A stretch of DNA of 29,203 nucleotides, from the NCBI GenBank assembly GCA_012797915.1, contig JAAZOE010000393.1, positions 1 through 29,203 of the forward strand, in the 5' to 3' direction. Positions 16,102 through 25,200 of the stretch are shown in pieces (the first letter of the stretch is position 1; every line of letters starts with the position of its first letter). The notes below the pieces were generated by a model that did not search any database, was not told the origin of the DNA, and was given only the letters and a program-made list of their open reading frames with translations. The position numbers and the translations under genes are program-made. Source of the DNA: Candidatus Zixiibacteriota bacterium. Its GTDB lineage: Bacteria; Zixibacteria; MSB-5A5; GN15; JAAZOE01.

Positions 16102-18981
16102 ATGATTTATAAAATCGTGGTGGAAAAGAAAGACAAGCAGTACGATGTCACCGGTCTCCACTTGATCGGCCAAATCGAACTGCTGGGAATACATGACGTG
16201 AAGTCGGCCCGGTTCGCCTACGCCTACTACCTGAAATCGGATCAGTTCACGCCGTCGGCGGTCTACGATATCGCTTCCCGCCTGCTGGCCGATCCGGTGA
16301 CCGAGATGTTCCATATCGAAGTCATTGACGGCACATCGGTCGGGAAAACGCCATCGGGCACGCATCTGTTGGAAATCGCCCTCAACCACGGCGTTACCGA
16401 TGCCACCGCCTCGCAGGTGAAGACGGCGGTGAAGCAGATGGGGTTCGACTGCGAAGCGGTGAAACTGACCCGCATCTACACTCTGGCCGGAAACCTGTCG
16501 GCCGATCAATTGTCGCAGATCGCCCGCAAGTTGCTTTACAACCCGGTCATCGAACATATCGTCGAACCGGGGGAACAACCGTTCATCACCATCGCCCAGA
16601 GCGAACCGCGTCTGGAAACATTCCCGATGGCGACGATGACCGACGATCAACTGATGTCGTTGAGTAAAAACCGTCTCTGGCTGAACCTGAACGAGATGCG
16701 GACCATCAGGGATTATTATGCGGCGCAGAAACGGGAAGCCACCGATGTCGAGGTGGAGACGCTGGCGCAGACCTGGTCGGAGCATTGCAGTCATAAGGTG
16801 TTCCGGGCGCGGCTGACGGTCGACGGGCAGCCGAAAGAATCGTTCATCAAGCGGATCAAGAAGGTCACGACCACGCTGAACAGGCCGTGGTGCCTGTCCA
16901 CGTTCGTGGATAATTCCGGAGTGATCGAATTCGACGACAACTGGGGGGTTTGTTTCAAGGTCGAGACGCATAACAAACCATCGAGCATCGAGCCGTTCGG
17001 CGGCGCGCACACGGGAGCCGGCGGGGTGATCCGCGATATCATGGGGACGGGCCTCGGCGCCAAGCCGGTGGCCAACACCGACGTGCTCTGTTTTGCTCCG
17101 CCGGATATGGACTGGAAAGATGTCCCCTCGGGGTTGCTTCATCCCAAGCGGGTGATGCAGCAGGTGGTGGCCGGAATCGAGGATTACGGCAACAAGATGG
17201 GGATCCCCACGGTCAACGGCGGGGTGTGTTTCTCAGAACGGTTCCTCGGCGTGCCGCTGGTGTATGCTGGATCGGTGGGGATGATCGAAAAGGAATGCGC
17301 GGCCAAGGGTCAACCGCAACCGGGCGACCGAATCGTACTGATCGGCGGCCTCACCGGGCGGGACGGGATCCATGGCGCGACGTTTTCATCGGGCGAACTG
17401 ACGCACATGTCGGAGACGGTATCGTCGCAATCGGTGCAGATCGGTCATCCGCTGGTGCAGAAGAAGGCGCTGGACGCCCTGCTGGACTTAAAAGCGGAAC
17501 GGCTGTTCCATGCGGTCACCGATTGCGGCGGCGGCGGGCTGTCGTCATCGGTCGGCGAGATGGGGAACCCCGGCGGGGTAGAAGTCGAGCTGTCGCACGT
17601 GCCGCTCAAATACCCGTTGCCGTTTGTCAGTGAATACTGGATATCGGAATCGCAGGAGCGGATGCTGTTCGCCGTGCCGCCGGAGCATATCGACCGATTC
17701 AAGGAAATTTGCCGTCGGCATGACGTGGAGATGGCCGATATCGGGCAGTTCAGCGATGACGGCAAATTGATATTAAAATTCAAAGGCAAAGAGGTCGCGT
17801 CGCTGGATATGGAGTTTTTGCACGAAGGGTGTCCCCATCGGGAGTTCGATTTGCGGTATCCGGCCCCGACGATCCGGCCGGAACGGTTCTCTTCCCCGCC
17901 GTCGGCGGATGGTCTGGCGCAGGGACTGTTGAAGACGCTGGCGCATCTGGATGTGTGCAGCAAGGAGCCGGTGTCGCGGGTGTACGACCATGAGGTCCAG
18001 GGCAAGACGCTGGTCAAGCCGTACATGGGCTCCAAGCAGCGGGGGCCATCGGACGGCGCAGTGCTGCAGCCGATTTATGATTCATCGCACGGCGTGATTA
18101 TCGCCAATGGGATCAATGTCCGATATGGACTGCTCGATCCCTACCGCATGGGATTGTCGGTGGTGGATGAGGCGGTGCGGCAGGTGGTGGCCCTAGGCGG
18201 ATCGGTCGACCGCACCGCGATTTTGGACAACTTTTCGCTTCCCAGCCCGGAAGATATCAAGACGGTGCTGGATCTGAACCGGGTGGTGGACGGATTGTGT
18301 GAAGCGGCGATGGCCTACGGCCTGCCGATCATATCGGGCAAGGACAGTTTCTACAACCAGTTCCAGACCGACAGCGGCAAGGTGATTGCCGTGCCGCCGG
18401 TGCTTTTGGTTTCGTCGATCAGCGTGATCGATAACGTTGATAAGATCATCCCCAACCATATCTATGCGCCCGAAGGAACGCTCTACCTGCTCGGCCTGAC
18501 ACGGGACGAGCTGGAGGGGAGCTGTTATTTCGCGCAGACGGGCCAGAGCGGCACGGCCGTGCCGACGGTGGACCTGGAAAAGGCGAAAAACATGTACGGC
18601 AAACTGCATCGCGCTATGCGCGACGGCCTGGTGCTGTCGGCGCATGATTGTTCCGACGGCGGTTTGGGAGTGGCGGCGGCGGAGTTGGTAATCGGATGCG
18701 ATTATGGTTTGGAGATCGACCTGGCGAAGGTCCCCTACGAGGGGCGGAAACGGGCCGATTTCGTGCTTTTCTCCGAATCGAACAGCCGTCTGCTGGTGGT
18801 GGTCGATCCGGGGTCGGCGGACGCGTTCGAGGAGACGATGGCCGGAAGCGCCTGCGCGCAGATCGGCACGGTTACCCAGCATAACGACCTGGTAATCGGC
18901 GAAGGAAAAACGCGGCTGGTGTCGCTGGCCGGAGAGAGATTACTGGCGGCCTGGCAGGCACCGATCGCCGCAATCATATAG
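16102..18981 (+). CDS. purL: Phosphoribosylformylglycinamidine synthase subunit PurL with fused N-terminal PurS-like repeats
   Basis: QTWSEHCSHK, FKVETHNKPS, EPFGGAHTGAGGVIRDI, GGLTGRDGIHGAT, DCGGGGL, ISESQERM, GKDSFYN and AHDCSDGG. Start placed at ATG 16102. Confidence 0.96.
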   Translation: MIYKIVVEKKDKQYDVTGLHLIGQIELLGIHDVKSARFAYAYYLKSDQFTPSAVYDIASRLLADPVTEMFHIEVIDGTSVGKTPSGTHLLEIALNHGVTDATASQVKTAVKQMGFDCEAVKLTRIYTLAGNLSADQLSQIARKLLYNPVIEHIVEPGEQPFITIAQSEPRLETFPMATMTDDQLMSLSKNRLWLNLNEMRTIRDYYAAQKREATDVEVETLAQTWSEHCSHKVFRARLTVDGQPKESFIKRIKKVTTTLNRPWCLSTFVDNSGVIEFDDNWGVCFKVETHNKPSSIEPFGGAHTGAGGVIRDIMGTGLGAKPVANTDVLCFAPPDMDWKDVPSGLLHPKRVMQQVVAGIEDYGNKMGIPTVNGGVCFSERFLGVPLVYAGSVGMIEKECAAKGQPQPGDRIVLIGGLTGRDGIHGATFSSGELTHMSETVSSQSVQIGHPLVQKKALDALLDLKAERLFHAVTDCGGGGLSSSVGEMGNPGGVEVELSHVPLKYPLPFVSEYWISESQERMLFAVPPEHIDRFKEICRRHDVEMADIGQFSDDGKLILKFKGKEVASLDMEFLHEGCPHREFDLRYPAPTIRPERFSSPPSADGLAQGLLKTLAHLDVCSKEPVSRVYDHEVQGKTLVKPYMGSKQRGPSDGAVLQPIYDSSHGVIIANGINVRYGLLDPYRMGLSVVDEAVRQVVALGGSVDRTAILDNFSLPSPEDIKTVLDLNRVVDGLCEAAMAYGLPIISGKDSFYNQFQTDSGKVIAVPPVLLVSSISVIDNVDKIIPNHIYAPEGTLYLLGLTRDELEGSCYFAQTGQSGTAVPTVDLEKAKNMYGKLHRAMRDGLVLSAHDCSDGGLGVAAAELVIGCDYGLEIDLAKVPYEGRKRADFVLFSESNSRLLVVVDPGSADAFEETMAGSACAQIGTVTQHNDLVIGEGKTRLVSLAGERLLAAWQAPIAAII

Positions 18982-19002
18982 AAGGTGTGAGGAGGTGCAG
19001 TT

Positions 19003-19779
19003 GTGAGCAGGCCGAAAGCATTGATTGTCTTCGCCCCCGGGACCAACTGCGACGAGGAAGCGGTCCATTGTTTCCGCAAGGCGGGCGCGATGGCCGACCG
19101 GGTGTTGGTGGCCGACCTGTTCGAGAACCGGGTAAACTTCCGGGACTATCAGATCCTGGCCTTTCCCGGCGGGTTTTCCTACGGCGACTGCATCGCGGCC
19201 GGGCGTATCCTGGCCAATTATCTGGAGACCCGTCTGGCCGACCTGGTGCGGGAGTTCGTGGAGAAGGACAAGCTGGTCATCGGCATCTGCAACGGTTTCC
19301 AGACGCTGGCCCGGCTGGGGGTGTTCAACACGGCCGGCGGGAAAGTGACGTTGGAGCGGAACGAATCGCTCAAGTTCGAATGCCGTTGGGTGCGGATGCG
19401 GACGCCCAAAAACGCCGACACGATATTCGTCCGAGGGATCACCGATATCTGGATGCCGATCGGGCACGGCGAAGGACGGGTGCTGACCAGCGGCCCGGCG
19501 GTAATGGATAGTTTGATAGCCGCCGGCCGCGTGGCATTGCAGTATGCGCCGCAAGAGAGCGACGGTGAGCCGGTGTATCCGGAAAATCCGAACGGGTCCG
19601 AGCGGGCGGTGGCGGGGTTGACCGATGCCACCAAGCGGATTTTCGGCCTGATGCCGCATCCGGAGCGGTTTTCCACCGCCCGGCATCTGTTTGTCCGTCC
19701 TGGTTTCCAAGCCAAGCTTCCTATGGATGCGACGCTGGGGATGAAGATTTTCCAGAACGCGGTGGGGTATTTCTCATAA
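19003..19779 (+). CDS. purQ: FGAM synthase glutaminase subunit PurQ
   Basis: PGTNCDEE, FPGGFSYGD, GICNGFQ (catalytic Cys), PIGHGEG, NPNGS and GLMPHPER (His-Glu). Confidence 0.96.
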   Translation: MSRPKALIVFAPGTNCDEEAVHCFRKAGAMADRVLVADLFENRVNFRDYQILAFPGGFSYGDCIAAGRILANYLETRLADLVREFVEKDKLVIGICNGFQTLARLGVFNTAGGKVTLERNESLKFECRWVRMRTPKNADTIFVRGITDIWMPIGHGEGRVLTSGPAVMDSLIAAGRVALQYAPQESDGEPVYPENPNGSERAVAGLTDATKRIFGLMPHPERFSTARHLFVRPGFQAKLPMDATLGMKIFQNAVGYFS

Positions 19780-19843
19780 ACCCGCGCCGCGACCGCCCCG
19801 TTTGCGGCCGTTTCCGACCGTCACCGCGCCACGCGCGTATCGT

Positions 19844-22183
19844 CTATTGCACTTGAAATATGATCGAGCTTGAGCGGCCGTAATCGTCGACGCACATCAG
19901 TTGATGCGATCCCTGTTTCGGTTCATAGAAAACCCGGTTCTCGCGCTCCGTCGTGGAGAACAACTGACCGTCGAGAAACCAGAACAATTTTCGGTTGTCG
20001 GCGGAGGAGGAGGCCTCGAATAAGATCTTCTGGTACTGAAGCGGCACGCTGGGCCGGAAAATATAGACGGCTTTGTCCTCCGGTGAAGTAATCACCGGTT
20101 TGTCGCCGGCAAAGACCTGCCGGCACTGCGGATTATGCGCCGGGATAAGGCTGATGATTCCCTTGGAAGCCATCCAGGCCGCCAGCCGCGGCGGCCAGTC
20201 TTCATAGATTCTCGTTTCCGTGTGTTTTTTGTCGTCGCACCAGCGGCAGACCTGATACCCGGTGCGGGTGTCGACCAGGATTTTCTTGTGGATGGCGCAC
20301 GGTTCCATCGGGGAGACGCCGGGGATATATGGTTCGAGGATTCGCTCCGGGCAATCATCGCCGGCGACCTGTCCGCTGACGGCGCAGACTTCCCGCGTCG
20401 AAATCCCTTTGGGGCGAGGGAACCACTGCCGGTCACCATCGGCGCAGAGCTGGGAAAAGATATCGAGCATCAGCGGGGCGGCCGTTTCGGCGCCGACGAT
20501 GGCGACTGAACCCTCAGCCGAAAAATTTCCCGCCCAGACCCCGACCGTGTAGTCGGGATTGTACCCGATAGCCCAGGCATCCTTGCGGCCATAGGAGGTG
20601 CCGGTTTTCCAGGCCACTTTCGGCATATCGGCGGTGAACTCCCAGCTGGCCGGAAGATCGGGACGTTTCAACTCGGTCAGAATTTCAGTGACCAGATAGC
20701 AGGCCTCCGGGGTCAGCAGGCCGGTCGGCTGCGCTATCGCATCCTCTTTGGTCAGACGCACCGGCAGGTACCGGCCGCCGCGGGCCAGCGTCGCGTACAG
20801 GTTGGTCAGTTCCAGCAGGGTCACTTCGCCCGAACCAAGCACCAGCGGCAGGCCATACTCGAAATACCGTCGGTTCAGCGTGGTGAGGCCGCCGCGCCGA
20901 AGCAGGTCATGGAATTCTTTCAAGCCGACGCCGGAGGTCAGGTTAACCGCCGGGACGTTCAGCGATTGAATGAGCGCCTCGCCGACCGAGACGACGCCGT
21001 GGTACTCGTTATCGTAGTTTACGGGGATATAACCGGCGTAGTTGGCCGGAAGGTCCTCCACTCTCAGTGCCGGTGAGATGATTCCCTTTTCGAACCCCAG
21101 AGCGTACACAAATGGTTTGAGCGCCGAGCCGGGAGATCGCGGCGCCAGGGCGCCGTTGATCTGGCCGTGGTTGGCGACGTCGCCGAAATCGGGCGACCCG
21201 ACCATGGCCAGCAGGTCGCCGGTGCGGTTGTCGATGATCACCACCGACAGGTTGTTGATTCCCTTCTGCATCAACTCGCCGTGATACCCCAGGGCCAACT
21301 GCTCGCAGGTGGTTTGCAGTTTAAAGTCGATGGTCGATCCGATCTCCGGCACGCCCGGCCTCGCCGCGACGATGCTCTGGCAGAAGTGCGGGGCGGTGAC
21401 CGAGGCGGCCACGCGCCGGTGCGGCAGTTCCTCGGTCAGCGCCTGCTCATAGTCGGATCGGGAGATGACATCGTTATCCAGCAGATACCGCAGGACGCGG
21501 TTGCGGCGGTTGAGGCAAGTCTTGGGGTCGCGGTCGGGACGGAACTGCGACGGCGACGACGGCACGGCGGTCAGAAGTGCGGCCTCGGCGATCGACAGGG
21601 TATCGGGGGACTTGTCGAAGTACATGTAGGCCGCCGCCCCGATCCCCTCAATGTTGCCGCCATAAGGAGCGAGGTTGAAATAGATCTCCAGCAGCTGTTT
21701 CTTGGAGCAGGTCAGCTCCAGTTGCACCGCGCGCAGAATCTCGATGAGCTTGTTCGGGATGGTGCGGGGTTTGGGTTCCATCATGCGGGCGATCTGCATG
21801 GTGATGGTGGAGCCGCCGCGGACATACCGTCCCGCTTTCAGGTTATCTATCGCCGCCGAAACCAGCGACACCGGATTGAAGCCGGGATGCCAGTAGAACC
21901 AGCGGTCCTCGCAGGCGATGACGCTACGAATCAGGTTGGGCGAAATGCGTTCCAACGGCACCGGTTTGCGCCAGAATCGGTCGGAGGAGGTAAAGCAGTT
22001 GAGCAGGCGGCCGTCGCGGCTGTAGACGAAGGTTGACAACGGCCGATGGAGCTTATCGGTCGGCAGAGGAAAGATGATCCAATGGAGCAGGCCTAATGTG
22101 ACCATGACGGCGGCGGCGGATATCCACCATCGCCTGTGTCGGCCGCGCCACACCCGGGCCGGGTATGTTGTCCATTGCGTCAT
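19844..22183 (-). CDS. pbpC: Penicillin-binding protein 1C
   Basis: N-terminal TM helix; transglycosylase EDRWFYWHPG and GGSTITMQIAR; transpeptidase SPGSALKPF (SxxK) and KTGTS; PBP1C-type C-terminal domain. Lies directly downstream of alpha-2-macroglobulin. Confidence 0.95.
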   Translation of the reverse strand: MTQWTTYPARVWRGRHRRWWISAAAVMVTLGLLHWIIFPLPTDKLHRPLSTFVYSRDGRLLNCFTSSDRFWRKPVPLERISPNLIRSVIACEDRWFYWHPGFNPVSLVSAAIDNLKAGRYVRGGSTITMQIARMMEPKPRTIPNKLIEILRAVQLELTCSKKQLLEIYFNLAPYGGNIEGIGAAAYMYFDKSPDTLSIAEAALLTAVPSSPSQFRPDRDPKTCLNRRNRVLRYLLDNDVISRSDYEQALTEELPHRRVAASVTAPHFCQSIVAARPGVPEIGSTIDFKLQTTCEQLALGYHGELMQKGINNLSVVIIDNRTGDLLAMVGSPDFGDVANHGQINGALAPRSPGSALKPFVYALGFEKGIISPALRVEDLPANYAGYIPVNYDNEYHGVVSVGEALIQSLNVPAVNLTSGVGLKEFHDLLRRGGLTTLNRRYFEYGLPLVLGSGEVTLLELTNLYATLARGGRYLPVRLTKEDAIAQPTGLLTPEACYLVTEILTELKRPDLPASWEFTADMPKVAWKTGTSYGRKDAWAIGYNPDYTVGVWAGNFSAEGSVAIVGAETAAPLMLDIFSQLCADGDRQWFPRPKGISTREVCAVSGQVAGDDCPERILEPYIPGVSPMEPCAIHKKILVDTRTGYQVCRWCDDKKHTETRIYEDWPPRLAAWMASKGIISLIPAHNPQCRQVFAGDKPVITSPEDKAVYIFRPSVPLQYQKILFEASSSADNRKLFWFLDGQLFSTTERENRVFYEPKQGSHQLMCVDDYGRSSSIIFQVQ

Positions 22184-22205
22184 TGCCGCTCTCTGCTTTT
22201 CGATA

Positions 22206-25200
22206 CTATCGCACCACCGTCACGACGCCGGAGGAGGCGCTTCCGGCCACCAGCGGGTTGTACATGCACTCGGCCGCCACCGGCGGCAGGGTAAACTGCC
22301 CGGCGCAGACGGCCCGCAGGCTGTAATAAAACTTCAGCGGTTGCCCCGGATTAAGGGAGGCGAACAGCAAAAGGCGATCATCGCGGATATCCTGGAAGTC
22401 AATTCGTCCCGCCTGCTTCGGGATCCATGACAACCGGGCGGTGGTTTTCAGGCGCGGGTTCTCGATTTCGAACCCGGCCGGAAAGAGGTCATTGATGACC
22501 ACGTTCGAAAGCGACTTGCCGATCGCCTCGGCGGTGATTACCCCGACGACCTGGCTGCCCAGTTTGATCGCCGAGAGATTGATCGGCACGCCGTTTTCGT
22601 CGAGGTATTCCCGGCGCACTCTGATGCCCCGGTCGAATTCCGGCGCGGGACCGCCGATCGGTACGCCGCCGGCCTGCCAGTAATAGAAGCAGGTCCCCTC
22701 GCCGGAGGTGACGGTGACCTGCACCGCGCGGCCGCCCAGGTCTTTGCGGGAGAGCGAAAAGCCGGTCGAGTCGATGGCATAACTCTTGTCGCCGTCGATG
22801 GCGATGGTCCCGGTGTATCCGAAGCTCGCATGTCCCTTGAAGTACCGACCGAGCGCCATCAGGGCGAAGGCATTGTCCTGCGTGGTGTACCAGCGTCCGG
22901 CATGGCTGTCGTCCATCAGCGACTTGGCCAGCGCCGGAATCGAGGTATTATTCGGGTCGACATCCAACAGGACATCCAGGAGAATGGCGTTGGTGCGGAC
23001 GCCGGAACTGAAATTGCCGCCGGTTTCCGGTTCGATGACATCCGGTTGGATTTCGATTGGCACCAGCTTGGCGGCCTCGGCCAAGCTGCCGGACAACGCC
23101 AGCGCCCCGGCCAGTTGATAGCGGGAGTATGATTCCAACCCGGTCGGGTCGAGATTTTTAAGGTAGGTGACAATCCGCGACGACAGCTTGTCGGCTTTGG
23201 CCAGGGCATAGGCGGCATAAATCCGATGGGCGTCGGCCAGATTGCGTGCCTTCTTTCCCTGAGCCAAGTCATTCAAGTGGTCGCGGACGTCGTCCAACAG
23301 GTCTTTATCCACGGTATATCCGGCACGGGATGCCTCGATCAAGAAATGCGAGGCATAAATTGTGCTCCAGTTGTCGCCGGAGGTCCCCCCCGGCCAGAAG
23401 GCGAAGGTACCGTCGGCCAGGCGCATGCCGGCCAACCGCAGGATTCCCTCCTGGATAAAATACTCCGGTCCCTTGCCCCCGAACAAGGCGGGATCAGCCA
23501 CCTTGACCAAGTCATTGTAGTACAACAGCGGGAACACACGCGAGGTCGTCTGTTCGATGCACCCATAGGGATACGACAGCAGATACTGGACGTTGCGGGC
23601 GAACGACATCGCCGGCAAGGATGATGTTTTGAGGCTGTACTGGTCGGTGGTCGGCAACCAGTCGGCGGGGAAGGTGAACTGCCCGGGGGTCCCGACCGAG
23701 GCCGAACCGGAGCCATAGAGCGTGGTCAACGGCCGGGCCGGGCGGTTGGCCAGGTCGACAGAAGCCACGGCGGTTTCATCGCCGGCTTTGGCCGTGATGG
23801 TGAAGGCAACCTTCCCCGGCGCCGGTTTGGCCTTCATCGTAAACACAACCGAGCCTTCGCGGTTGTTGTCGAGCCTGACATGGGCGGTTGCGGGGGATAT
23901 CAGTTCGACCGGGCCCTCGGCGGCCAGGGTGACGGTGATATCGGCAGCGGCGCCGGTGTTGTTGAATAACGTGACCAGGCCGTCGAACAGATCATTGGGG
24001 CTGATGAAGCGCGGGAAACTCTCCTGGATGACGATCTTGTCGCGGACAATCATTTCGGTCGTGGATGATCCGAAGCGGTCGTTCTGCGCCGCCACGGCCA
24101 TGATGATCAGTTTGCCGTTGAATTCCGGAAGGGTAAACGAAGCCGTGGCTTTGCCGACGGCATCGGTCTTGAGCAATCCCGACCAGAGGGCGGTCGATTT
24201 GACGCGATGGGCGGTGACCGGGTTGACGTGCCGCTGACGGGCGGCAGCCAAGTATTTGTCCCCGGCGCCGAGGTGGCTTTCCGATTGCGCGACTCTGGGG
24301 TAGATGAACGAGTACAGGTCATACGGTTTCAAGGCCGGTTGTTTCTTGCCGTAGAAAAACTCCATGGGGTCGGGGGTTGCGTAATCGGTCAACTGCAAAA
24401 TACCCGCATCCACCAGCGCGACGGCGACATCGGCCGATTTGGCCTGCGGAATCGATATCTCGACCGAAACGTTGCTTTTCGGTTTTATCACCCCTGGGGC
24501 GGTAACGGTCATCCCCAACCGTTTTTCCTCGACCGACAGACGGAGCGGCACGATACCGAAGGCGCGGGCCAGCATGTTCGGTTCCAGCTCGGCGGCGGGA
24601 CGGATAATCGTGGCGGTGATATAGGCATTGGGGAAATAGTCCCGCTTGATCGGAATTTCCAGCGTGGCCGTGTTTTCTTTCATGTCGCGGGTCATCACCT
24701 CCCGCACGGCGGTCTGTTCCACGGTCACCAGCAATTTCCCGCCGAACGGCGCCCGCACCTGCAGAACGGCCTTCTCCCCCGAATCATAGGTCTTCTTGTC
24801 CAATTCCAGTTCGATCTTGTCAGGACTGGTCATCGCCCAGGGGGCGTATCCCCACCCGGAGACATAGAAATCATCCGAGGCCGAATGTCCCCCTTCGGGG
24901 TCTTTGGCGACGATGGCATAACTGCCGTAGTCGGTGGGGGTGAATGAAACCCGGCCGCCGTCGAGACCAAGCGGCACGACGGCCGAATCGATCAGGATGG
25001 TTTTCCGCTCGGAAACATAGCGATAGACACCGGTCTGATCTCGTTTCAGGATGGTATTGTAGATGACACGATAGAAGCCGACGTTGCAGGCGGACAAGGC
25101 GACCGGTTTGCTATCGGTTCCCACCGCGACCAGCGAGGCGGACACGGTTTGCCCCGGCTTGGCGTACCCTTCCAAATCGAGTTTCATGCCGATGTATCGC

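Noticed and set aside
16053-16110. Fluoride-riboswitch-like GGCGATGGAACCCGGCC, or a SAM/purine/ZTP riboswitch, upstream of purL
   Set aside because: P1 pairing is imperfect, the downstream pseudoknot partner for GGAACC is absent, and other riboswitch cores are not present in the right order.
14507-18981. Genome-wide TAG reassignment
   Set aside because: TAG terminates several genes at their expected C-termini (DUF5916, YedF-like, MBL, purL).
19780-19843. GCGGCCGTTT shared with the 4850-4863 hairpin arm
   Set aside because: The match is too short and GC-rich to support a repeat family.
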